A stretch of 64,000 nt of DNA from Eledone cirrhosa. Its lineage: Eukaryota. The notes beneath the pieces are model-generated. The model saw only the letters and a program-made list of their open reading frames with translations. It searched no databases and was not told the DNA's origin. Where the stretch lies: contig OZ024752.1 of NCBI GenBank assembly GCA_964016885.1, positions 26,164,001 through 26,228,000 on the forward strand, in the 5' to 3' direction. Numbering within the stretch: the first letter of the stretch is position 1; each line of letters starts with the position of its first letter. This document shows positions 52,160 through 64,000 of the stretch, piece by piece. Position numbers and translations under genes: made by a program.

Positions 52160-53795
52160 CTATCCTAGAGAAAAACTTCCCGCCAAACCATAAATACCAT
52201 CAAATTTTAAATAGATCAACGGTCAAATTCTCCTACTCAACAACCAAAAATATACAACAAAATATAAGTGCCTATAATGCATATAAATGTTAAAAAAAAA
52301 ACATAAATATACCACCAATACATCAAACTAACCATAATACTAAAATAAACCACAGCAAACCACCATCTCATTCACATACAAGAAGTCGAGAAAATTCCAC
52401 ACCTAATTTGACTATCTCCTCTGATACAACATTCACGAAAGGTTGTAACTGTAAAAACAAAGCAAATTGCCCGTTAAAAGGAAATTGCCTTATTAATAAC
52501 ATAGTATATAAATGTAAAATTAACACTAAGGACTCAACTTATTCATATATAGGAGCTACTTCTAACCAATTTAAAGTAAGATTTAATACCCACAAACACA
52601 GTTTTAAAAATGCCGCATTAGCTAATACAACATCCTTAGCTGAAATAATTAATAATTACAGAAAAAAGAATATCGATTATAATATGACCTGGAGTGTGCT
52701 CAAAAGGTCCACCCCTTATCATAATAATAGATATGAATGTAGATTATATACCCAGGAACGTTTTGAAATAATGAAATCTAAAGATATCCTATTAAATAAG
52801 CGACAAGAATTAATGATATCAGATAATCATAAAATTAGAAGAACTTTTAAATATTATAAACCTAATTAATATACACTTTACAAATTATTGTAATATTTTT
52901 TTTTTTTTTTAATTAGTTAACCTATAATTAATATTCTACTACTAATGAACTGCATAATTTTATTTCCCTTTTACAGCTATCTTTTCCTAAAATTTATACC
53001 AATAAGTATACATATAAACTATTTTAATTTCAGGTTATGAATCTATATTCCTTATAATCTATATAAATTTGTTATTTCTCACTACTACATTTATCCCCCC
53101 CCCCCCAATTATTATTTTTTTATTTTTATTTTCCCTTCGTTTTTAACAACATTCTTCAATTACATCTAACTCTTATTTATCATATCTATATGAATTAATA
53201 TAAATTTATCAATATAAATATACCTATCAATTTAATTTATTTATTTTCTTTTTATAGATGTAAATTCCTTATGTTTTAAATAAGATTGATATTTTTCACT
53301 AACACATTTATCGTAAAATTTTATTCTCCTTAGATTTTTACATTAGCATTATTCTTTTATAACATCAATTTTTCGTGTACCTTTTACCGACTTGACCTAT
53401 TTTCATCCCCAAAATATTCTTTTCATTCATTATACTCTTTCCATTCAATACTGAAGTCTGCTTTCCTCTACCCCTAAATTAAAGTTCCATTACTACTATT
53501 CTACCATCTTGACCACTTACTACCTTTCTATTGGTTAATTCAAAACCTGTTCCCAAACAGACCTATTATACTTTGTGGGTTTTTTTCAATAAACAAATAT
53601 CATTATTTCTGAAGACAGCATATATATATGTGTAGGTATGTATATTCCCTCTGATAGTTTGTAAAAATGTTTACATAGATCTATATGATATACATACCAA
53701 CACACACACATATATCCTAGAAACGATCGTAAAATGATGAATTTTTTAATATAAGGAACTGTTTCTTTGTTTTTATTCATTATTTTTATTAATTT
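52160..53795 (+). mobile_element. Degenerate PLE 3' part: GIY-YIG remnant, 3' UTR and HHR
   Basis: [23 protein letters not shown] and GCNCKNKANCPLKGNC..IVYKC..YIGAT..FKVRFNTH (ORF 52408-52869). (TA)n flanks. Confidence 0.85.
53600..53740 (+). ncRNA. Type I hammerhead motif with a very long helix II
   Basis: TCATTATTT-CTGAAGA-(104 nt)-GAAA-CGATCG-TA-AAATGATGA. Confidence 0.75.
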
Positions 53796-53825
53796 ATAAT
53801 ATATATATATATACATGTATATATT

Positions 53826-53872
<47 letters not shown>

Positions 53873-54187
53873 AACTTCTGCAATTTCCGTGTACCAAATT
53901 CCATCCAAAAGAAAAGGTTATAGTACCCAAACACTTGCCCTGGGTGTCGCGCTGCGTGACTGAACCCAGAACCACATGATTGCGATGCCATGCCTGATAT
54001 ATATATATATATAGGAAAGTACAAAAACAACAAGAACGCAGGAGTACAAGTTACAAAAGGTATTAGGTTCACGTTTACCGAGAGTGGGAGAGTGCGACAT
54101 TTCGGGCATACGCCCTTCATCAAGAGAGTGGGGGGGGGGCGAACTCCGAGAGGGAGTGAGGATGAGTTAGTGGAAAAAAAATTAAAC

Positions 54188-54229
<42 letters not shown>

Positions 54230-54644
54230 AGAGAGAGAGAGTGAGAGAGAGAGAGGGGGAGAGAGAGAGACCGGGAAAACCACTAAGTTCAATACATGAG
54301 GTGATGTAGAGGGGGTATAAAAATAGGTAATATACCGACCGCGGCGCCAAGCGAAACCGCTTGTGTGTGTGTTTGCACATACAAGCTCGCATATCAGACG
54401 AGATGTCGAAAAACAGTCGGGCCCAGCCACCTTCACTGTACCCTGAGCTGATCGATATCGAAACAATTGTAATATGCAAATAAAGTTTGTACATATGCTG
54501 CACCACTGACTTCGACTCTTTTAAATCTATATCTTATATATATAAATATATATATATATATATAAGTATGTAACAGCCGTACTAAGAGTGAGAAATGAAA
54601 TTTCGTTTCATTTTTTCCGTTTATATATATATATATATAATATA

Positions 54645-54830
54645 ATTGTTTCTACGTTAGGCACAAGGCCAGCAATTACCCAGTACATGACTGGTACTTT
54701 ATTTTATCGACCCCGTAAGGATGAAAGGCAAAGTTAACCTTGGCGGGATTTGAACTCAGAAAGGCAAGGGCCGTAACTCCATACGTCAAAGCATGGCGTC
54801 CGACCCTCTACCAATACTGCCAATCTACCG
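54645..54830 (-). mobile_element. tRNA-derived Nin-type SINE
   Basis: Full copy of the family. Confidence 0.9.
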
Positions 54831-54910
54831 CTCTATATATATATATAATATAATAAAATAACAGGAGGCTAAGACTTGTGTTTAATTTGTTGAAAGGTTA
54901 ATATTAAATC

Positions 54911-55079
54911 ACGGTAGAGAGTCGGACGCCATGCTTTCCAGCATAGTTACGTCGCTTTACGGTCTGAGTTCAAATCCCGCCGTGGTTTACTTTGCCTTTC
55001 ATCCTTACGGGGTCGATAAAATAAAGTACCAGTAATGCACTGGTTAATTGCTGGCCTTGTGCCTAAAGTAGAAACAATT
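54911..55079 (+). mobile_element. tRNA-derived Nin-type SINE, slightly 5' truncated
   Basis: Family match. It lies head-to-head with the previous copy. Confidence 0.88.
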
Positions 55080-55142
55080 AGTACATCAAGATTGACCACA
55101 CGGAATGACCAGCTCTATCCAGTGGTGAACCTTCAAACCTAA

Positions 55143-55208
<66 letters not shown>

Positions 55209-55400
55209 ATGCATATACACTCACACATACATTATATATATATATATATATGCAATATACATAATTAATACAAATTTATCTAGGCACGCATAAATCTATC
55301 TGTCAGTCAATTTCTCACTCACACACGGTCTCTGTTTCTCTCTCTCTCTCCTCCCCCTCTCTCTCTGTCTCTATTTCTCTTCTCTCTTTCTTTCTCTCTC

Positions 55401-55474
<74 letters not shown>

Positions 55475-55600
55475 ACGCAAATTCAATCATATTTCTTCTT
55501 TCTCTTTTTTAGTAAAATCGTGATGCAAACAGCTTAAAAGACTTTCTTAAGTTCGTTTCTTTCCTGGAGAGCTCGGCTCCACTATCCACCCCGACTCCGG

Positions 55601-55692
55601 CCCCACTAACTAACTATGCCCACCCCACTAACTAACTATGCCCACCCCACTAACTAACTATGCCCACCTCACTGACTAACTACGCCCACCCC
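55601..55692. repeat. 22-bp tandem repeat x4 (CCCCACTAACTAACTATGCCCA)
   Basis: Units at 55601, 55623, 55645 and 55667. Confidence 0.9.
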
Positions 55693-55879
55693 ATACATAC
55701 TGATGCAGAACTGACAAACAGACTTTGATGTACTTTTCTTTCTAAGAATGGTCTCTAATTGCTCTTTGAGTCTCGTAAGTTTCCCAGCGTGGTGGTTTAA
55801 AATGCCGGGAAATATCACCATCATCGTCATCATCTTTGTCATCATCACCCCCCCTCTCCATCACCATCTTTGTCATCAT

Positions 55880-58800
55880 CACCACCACAAGCACTACAAT
55901 CACCACCACCACTACAATCACCACCACCACTACTATCACCACCACCACTACTAACAGCACCACCACTACTATCACCACCACCACCACTACGATCACCACC
56001 ACCACTACAATCACCACCACCACCACTACAATCACCACCACCACTACTACTATCACCACCACCACTATTATCACCACCACCACTACAATCACCACTACCT
56101 CCACTACTATCACCACCACCACTACTAACAGCACCACCACTACAATCACCACCACCACCACTACTATCACCACCACCACTACAATCACCACCACCACTAC
56201 TACTATCACCACCACCACTACTATCACCACCACCACTACTATCACCACCACCACTACAATCACCGCCACCACCACTACAATCACCACCACCACTACTACT
56301 ATCACCACCACCACTACTATCGTCGCCACCACTACTATCACCACCACCACCACTATCACCACTACCTCTACTACTATCACCACCACCATCACTACTATCA
56401 CCACCACCACTACAATCACCACCACCACTACAATCACCACCACTACGATCACCACCACCACTACAATCCCCACCACCACTACTATCACCACCACCACTAC
56501 TATCACCACCACCACTACTATCACCACCACCACTTCAATCACCACTACCTCTACTACTATCACCACCACTACTACTATCACCACCAGCACCACTACAATC
56601 ACCACCACTACTATCACCACCACCACTACTATCACCACCACTACTATTACCACCACCACTACAATCACCACCACCACTACTATCACCACCACCACCACTA
56701 CTATCACCACCACCACTACGATCACCACCACCACTACTATCACCACCACCACTACTATCACCACCACCACTACAATCACCACCACCACTACAATCACCAC
56801 CAGCACTACTATCACCACCACCACTACGATCACCACCACCACTACTATCACCACCACCACTACTATCACCACCACCACCACTACTATCACCACCACCACT
56901 ACAATCACCACCACCACTACTATCACCACCACCACTACTATCACCACCACCACTACAATCACCACCACCACTACAATCACCACCAGCACTACTATCACCA
57001 CCACCACTACAATCACCACCACCACTACTATCACCACCACCACTACTATCACCACCACCACTACAATCACCACCACCACCACTACTATCACGACAACCAC
57101 TACAATCACCACCACCACTACTATCACCACCACCACTACGATCACCACCAGCACTACTATCACCACAACAATCACCACCACCACCACTACTATCACCACA
57201 ACAATCACCACCACCACTACAATCACCTCCACCACTACAATCACCACCACCACCACTACTATCACCACCACCACCACTACAATCAACACCACCACCACCA
57301 CCACTACTATCACCACCACCACTACAATCACCACCACCACCACTACTATCACCACCACCACCACTACAATCAACACCACCACTACTATCACCACCACCAC
57401 TACAATCACCACCACCACCACTACTATCACCACCACCACCACTACAATCAACACCACCACTACTATAACCACCACCACTACAATCACCACCACCACCACT
57501 ACTATCACCACCACCACTACAATCACCACCACCACTACTATCACCACCACCACTACAATCACCACCACCATCACTACTATCACCCCCACCACTACAATCA
57601 CCACCACCACTACTATCACCACCACCACTACTATCACCACCACCACTACAATCACCACCACCACTACAATCACCACCACTACTATCACCACCACCACTAC
57701 AATCACCACCACCACTACTATCACCACCACTACTATCACCACCACCACCACTACTATCACCACAACAATCACCACCACCACTACAATCACCACCACCATA
57801 ACAATCACCACCAGCACTACTATCACCACCACCACTACAATCACCACCACCACTACTATCACCACCACCACTACGATCACCACCACCACTACTATCACCA
57901 CAACAATCACCACCACCACCACTACTATCACCACCACCACTACAATCACCGCCACCACCACTACAATCACCACCACCACTACTACTATCACCACCACCAC
58001 TACTATCGTCGCCACCACTACTATCACCACCACCACCACTATCACCACTACCTCTACTACTATCACCACCACCACTACAATCACCACCACCACTACAATC
58101 ACCACCACTACGATCACCACCACCACTACAATCCCCACCACCACTACTATCACCACCACCACTACTATCACCACCACCACTACTATCACCACCACCACTT
58201 CAATCACCACTACCTCTACTACTATCACCACCACTACTACTATCACCACCAGCACCACTACAATCACCACCACTACTATCACCACCACCACTACTATCAC
58301 CACCACTACTATCACCACAACCACTACAATCACCACCACTACTATCACCACCACCACTACTATCACCACCACCACCACTACTATCACCACCACCACTACG
58401 ATCACCACCACCACTACTATCACCACCACCACTACTATCACCACCACCACTACAATCACCACCAGCACTACTATCACCACCACCACTACAATCACCACCA
58501 CCACTACTATCACCACCACCACTACTATCACCACCACCACTACAATCACCACCACCACTACAATCACCACCAGCACTACTATCACCACCACCACTACAAT
58601 CACCACCACCACTACAATCACCACCACCACTACTATCACCACCACCACTACTATCACCACCACCACTACAATCACCACCACCACTACAATCACCACCAGC
58701 ACTACTATCACCACCACCACTACAATCACCACCACCACTACAATCACCACCACCACTACTATCACCACCACCACTACAATCACCACCACCACTACTATCA

Positions 58801-60283
58801 CCACCACCACTACAATCACCACCACCACTACTATCACCACCACCACTACGATCACCACCAGCACTACTATCACCACAACAATCACCACCACCACCACTAC
58901 TATCACCACAACAATCACCACCACCACTACAATCACCTCCACCACTACAATCACCACCACCACCACTACTATCACCACCACCACCACTACAATCAACACC
59001 ACCACCACCACCACTACTATCACCACCACCACTACAATCACCACCACCACCACTACTATCACCACCACCACCACTACAATCAACACCACCACTACTATCA
59101 CCACCACCACTACAATCACCACCACCACCACTACAATCAACACCACCACTACTATCACCACCACCACTACAATCACCACCACCACCACTACTATCACCAC
59201 CACCACTACAATCACCACCACCACTACTATCACCACCACCACTACAATCACCACCACCATCACTACTATCACCCCCACCACTACAATCACCACCACCACT
59301 ACTATCACCACCACCACTACTATCACCACCACCACTACAATCACCACCACCACTACAATCACCACCACTACTATCACGACCACCACTACAATCACCACCA
59401 CCACTACTATCACCACCACTACTATCACCACCACCACCACTACTATCACCACAACAATCACCACCACCACTACAATCACCACCACCACTACAATCACCAC
59501 CAGCACTACTATCACCACCACCACTACAATCACCACCACCACTACTATCACCACCACCACTACGATCACCACCACCACTACTATCACCACAACAATCACC
59601 ACCACCACCACTACTATCACCACAACAATCACCACCACCACCACCACTACTATCACCACCACCACTACAATCACCACCACCACCACTACTATCACCACCA
59701 CCACCACTACAATCAACACCACCACTACTATCACCACCACCACTACAATCACCACCACCACCACTACTATCACCACCACCACTACAATCACCACCACCAC
59801 TATTATCACCACCACCACTACAATCACCACCACCACTACTATCACCACCACCACTACAATCACCACCACCACTACTATCACCACCACCACTACTATCACC
59901 ACCACCACTACTATCACCACCACCACCACTACAATCACCACCACCACCACTACTATCACCACCACCACTACAATCACCACCACCACTACAACCACGACCA
60001 CCGCCACCATCACCGCTACAACCACCACCACCATCACCACCACCGCCACTACAACCACCACCACCGCCACTACGACCACCACCACCACCACCACAACGAC
60101 CACCATCACCACCACCGCCACTAAAACCACCACCACCACTACAACCACCGCAACTACAACCACCACCACCACGACCGCCACTACAACCACCATCATCACC
60201 ACCACCACCGCAACCACAACCACCACCACCACCACCACTACCACCAACACCACTACTACTACAACCACCACCACACCACCACC
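55880..60283. repeat. Minisatellite of about 18 bp (ATCACCACCACCACTACW) built from trinucleotides
   Basis: Directly visible, with an internal higher-order duplication of about 1.7 kb. Confidence 0.95.
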
Positions 60284-60330
60284 ATAACTTCCAATAGATT
60301 TATTTATCGGAGAAAAGATCACAGAAATAC

Positions 60331-62870
60331 TTGTTCTGTTGTAGTTGTTGTTGTTACTGCCGTTGTTGTTGTTGTTGTTGTTGTTGTTGTTATTATTGCT
60401 GCTGCTGTTGTTATTGTTGTTATTGTTACTGCTGTTGTTGTTACTGCAGTTGCTGTTGTTGTTGTTATTGTTATTGTTGTTGTTGTTACTGTTGTTGTTG
60501 TTATTGCTTCTGTTGTTGCTATTGTTGTTGTTACTGCTGTTGTTGTTGTTTTTGTTGTTGCTGTTGTTGTTACTGCTGTTGTTTTTATTGTTGTTATTAT
60601 TGCTGCTGCTGCTGTTATTGCTGTTATTGTTGCTGCTGTTGTTGTTACTGCTATTGTTATTTTTATTGTTGTTATTATTGCTGCTGTTGTTGTTATTGCT
60701 GTTATTGTTGCTGTTGTTGTTGTTACTGCTGTTGTTATTATTATTGTTGTTGTTATTATTGCTGCTGTTGTTGTTATTGCTGTTATAGTTGCTGTTGTTA
60801 TTGCTGTTATTGTTGCTGCTGTCTCGTTCATTGCTCCAGTACGTAGAAATATTTTGGTCGTTCACATTGTCATACTGTTGTTGTTGTTGCTACTGCTGCT
60901 ATTGTTGTTACTGATTGTAATGGTGATGAAGACGATAGCGGTTGTAGTAGTGGTGGTGGGGATGTTTGTAGTTGTAACGTTGGGTGTTGTAGTGGTAGTG
61001 GTAGTAGGGAGGTGTTGTGGTGGTGGTAGTGGTAGGGAGGTGTTGTGGTGGTGGTAGTAGGGAGGTGTTGTGGTGGTGGTAGTGGTAGGGAGGTGTTGTG
61101 GTGGTGGTAGTATGGAGGTGTTGTGGCGGTGGTAGTGGTAGTAGGGAGGTGTTGTGGTGGAGGTAGTGGTAGTAGGGAGGTGTTGTGGTGGAGGTAGTGG
61201 TAGTAGGGAGGTGTTGTGGTGGTGGTAGTAGGGAGGTGTTGTGGCGGTGGTAGTGGTAGTAGGGAGGTGTTGTGGTGGTGGGAGTGGTAGTAGGGAGGTG
61301 TTGTGGTGGTGGTAGTGGTGGTGGTGGTAGTATGGAGGTGTTGTGGTGGTGGTAGTAGGGAGGTGTTGTGGCGGTGGTAGTGGTAGTAGGGAGGTGTTGT
61401 GGTGAAGGTAGTGGTAGTAGGGAGGTGTTGTGGTGGTAGTGGTAGTAGGGAGGTGTTGTGGTGGTAGTGGTAGTAGGGAGGTGTTGTGGCGGTGGTAGTG
61501 GTAGTAGGGAGGTGTTGTGGTGAAGGTAGTGGTAGTAGGGAGGTGTTGTGGTGGTAGTGGTAGTAGGGAGGTGTTGTGGCGGTGGTAGTGGTAGTAGGGA
61601 GGTGTTGTGGTGGAGGTAGTGGTAGTATGGAGGTGTTGTGGTGGTGGTAGTGGTGGTGGTGGTAGTATGGAGGTGTTGTGGTGGTGGTAATGGTGGTGGT
61701 GGTGGTATGGAGGTGTTGTGGTGGTGGTAGTGGTTACTGTAGTGTTGTGGTAGTAGTGGGGTGTTGTGATGGCAGTGTTGTAGTTGTAGTGGTAGTGGTG
61801 GTGGTGGTGGTGGCATCATCATCATGGTTGTGGTCGCCGTTGTCATCATTATCATCATTACACAACCACAACCACCATCATCACCATATGAACATTATCA
61901 CCATCATCATCATCCTCACCATCACCACCACCCACCATCATCACCACCATCATCATCACCATCAACATCATCATTACCATCATCCTCGTCCTCATCAGTA
62001 CCACCACCACCACCACCACCATCATCATCACCACCGCCATCACCCCCACCATCATATCACCACCATCATCATCGACAACAACATCAAAAAGATGTTTATT
62101 TCATTCTCTATTTCATCGCCTCTGAAGAGAATTTTCTCATTAAATCTCACTGGAGTCTCCTGCTGACATCCTGGTTATTGTGGTGGTGGTAGTGGTAGTG
62201 GTGGTGGTGGTGTGGTGGTGGTGTGGTGGTGGTGTGGTGGTGGTGTGGGGGGGTGCTGGTTGTGGTGGTGGTGTGGTGTGGTGGTGGTTGCGGTGGCGGC
62301 GGTGGTGGTGGTGTGGTGCTGGTTGTGGTGCTGGTGCTGGTGGTGGTACTGGTGCTGGTTGTGGTGGTGGTGGTTGTGGTGGCGGTGCTGATGCTGGTTG
62401 TGGTTGTGGTGTGGTGGTGGTTGTGGTGGTTGTGGTGGCGGTGGTGGTGGTGGTGGTGGTGGTGGTGGTGTGGTGCTGGCGGTGGTGTGGTGGTGGCGGT
62501 GTGGTGGTGGTGGTGGTGCTGGTGCTGATGGTGGTGCTGGTTGTGGTGGTGTTGGTTTTGGGTGGTGGCGTGGTGGTCGTTGTGGTGTTGGTTGTGTTGG
62601 TGGTGGTGATGCTGCTGCTGCTGCTGCTGCTGCTGCCGGTTGTGCTGATGCCAGTGCTAGTGCTGGTGTTGCTGACGGTGGTGTTGGGGGTGATTATAGT
62701 TATAGTTGACGTAGTTGTTGTTGTTGTTGGTGGTGGTGGTTGTGGTGCTGCTGCTGGTGGTAATAATGCTGCTGGCAGCGGCGATGGTGGTGGCGGTGTT
62801 GGTGGTGATGGCAGTGGTATTGGTTTTGTTATTCTTGACGTTGTTGTTGTTGGTGACAGTTGTGGTTTTG
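60331..62870. repeat. Compound low-complexity block: (GTT/GCT/ATT)n, GGTAGTAGGGAGGTGTTGTGGT minisatellite, (CAT/CAC)n, (GGT)n
   Basis: Directly visible. Confidence 0.92.
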
Positions 62871-63569
62871 GTTAAATGCGACAGACTAGGTGTTGTCTTT
62901 TCTTGTTGTAGGTGATTGGGTGGAGGTGTCATCTTTGTAAGAAAATATACTTATCTCAAGATGGTAAACATAGTTCCTAAAATTCCCTCTATAGAACTGT
63001 TTCAAGAAATCGGAGAAAATACGCCAACCATCGATCTTACTAATTAGTATCAATCACCAATTATCGATTTTAGTAATTAGCATTCCAAGACCAAGATTTC
63101 TATTATCAGTAGGTTGGTTGTCTAAACTACCTGCACAGGGTGTAATTTTAAAATGTTCCGCACATGGTTTTAAAGTCACGCTTTAAATAATCAGATATTA
63201 CAGTAAGGAATGCTAAAAATAGCTCCAAGCTCGACCAATTAATGCAACTCGAGTAATTAAAAAATATTAAAACCAGGAATATCCTAAATTTAGGTTTAAT
63301 GAATACTATTATTAATTTTCCAAAAACGCTTCTCTCACTTAATTCCCTCTTGTTTTTCCTTGGTGGGAGAGTAAGGTCCGATACATTGAATATAGTTCAT
63401 TTTCCATTGGATACAAGCTTATTGTTCTCCGTGTTTCATTTTTTACGTTATACTTACTATGTATGTACATCGAGTGCTTCTTTTGGTACCACCACCAGTA
63501 ATTCACTGAACCATAAACACTATATATATATGTATTTACATATATATGTATATATATATATATATAGTA

Positions 63570-63782
63570 ATAATAATAAATTTGAAGACTAAAATCCAAA
63601 GAGGGCTCGATAAGGATAAATATATATCAAATATATAAGAACCGTAGAGCAAATATTTATTAAAATAACAGATTAAAGTTTAAGCAAAGAATCGCTGCTT
63701 TCACCCTTAACGGGATCTTCTGAAGATCCCGTTAAGGGTGAAAGCAGCCATTTTTTGCTTAAACTTTAATCTGTTATTTTAT

Positions 63783-63787
<5 letters not shown>
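63570..63787. mobile_element. PLE fold-back pivoting on the HHR core
   Basis: ...ACGGGATCTT-CTG-AAGATCCCGT...; (TA)n flanks. Same family as 9146-9375. Confidence 0.85.
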
Positions 63788-63878
<91 letters not shown>

Positions 63879-64000
63879 CATGTATGTGCGTGTATCATAG
63901 GCTATTTGCCCGATATAGGCTTGTTATTTTTATTGATTTATTATGTTAAATCGAGTCAGGAAAACCGTATTGTTTTAAATTAGTATTTTTCAACCAATTG

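Noticed and set aside
55742-60865. 1707-aa Val-rich and 1483-aa Thr-rich ORFs as real genes
   Set aside because: Both strands are open because of ACC/ACT/ATC repeat composition. There is no signal peptide, domain or splice evidence.

Overview
This is eukaryotic, AT-rich, microsatellite-saturated non-genic or intronic DNA. The SINE types suggest an octopus or other cephalopod genome (inference). I can support no host protein-coding gene. The window is a dense collection of retroelements, each sitting in its own microsatellite type. (1) A full-length L1-Tx1 element with intact ORF1 and ORF2 (20770-26802, minus) sits in an (AAT)n tract inside the 3' UTR of a 5'-truncated RTE that keeps its target-site duplication. 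(2) Two R4/Dong-like fragments sit in (CATA)n. (3) There are three Penelope-like element (PLE) coding remnants and about 19 PLE-type fold-back palindromes, mostly in (TA)n. Most carry type I hammerhead ribozyme (HHR) motifs, and many fold back at or beside the ribozyme. (4) A near-identical 470-bp x3.5 tandem array (12682-14317) carries a perfect minimal HHR at 470-bp spacing and is a candidate retrozyme/circRNA source. (5) About 10 copies of a tRNA-derived Nin-type SINE end in a 3' motif matching the Tx1 3' end. MITEs, minisatellites and a roughly 7-kb trinucleotide-derived block make up the rest. Structures were paired by eye; nothing was computed or searched.
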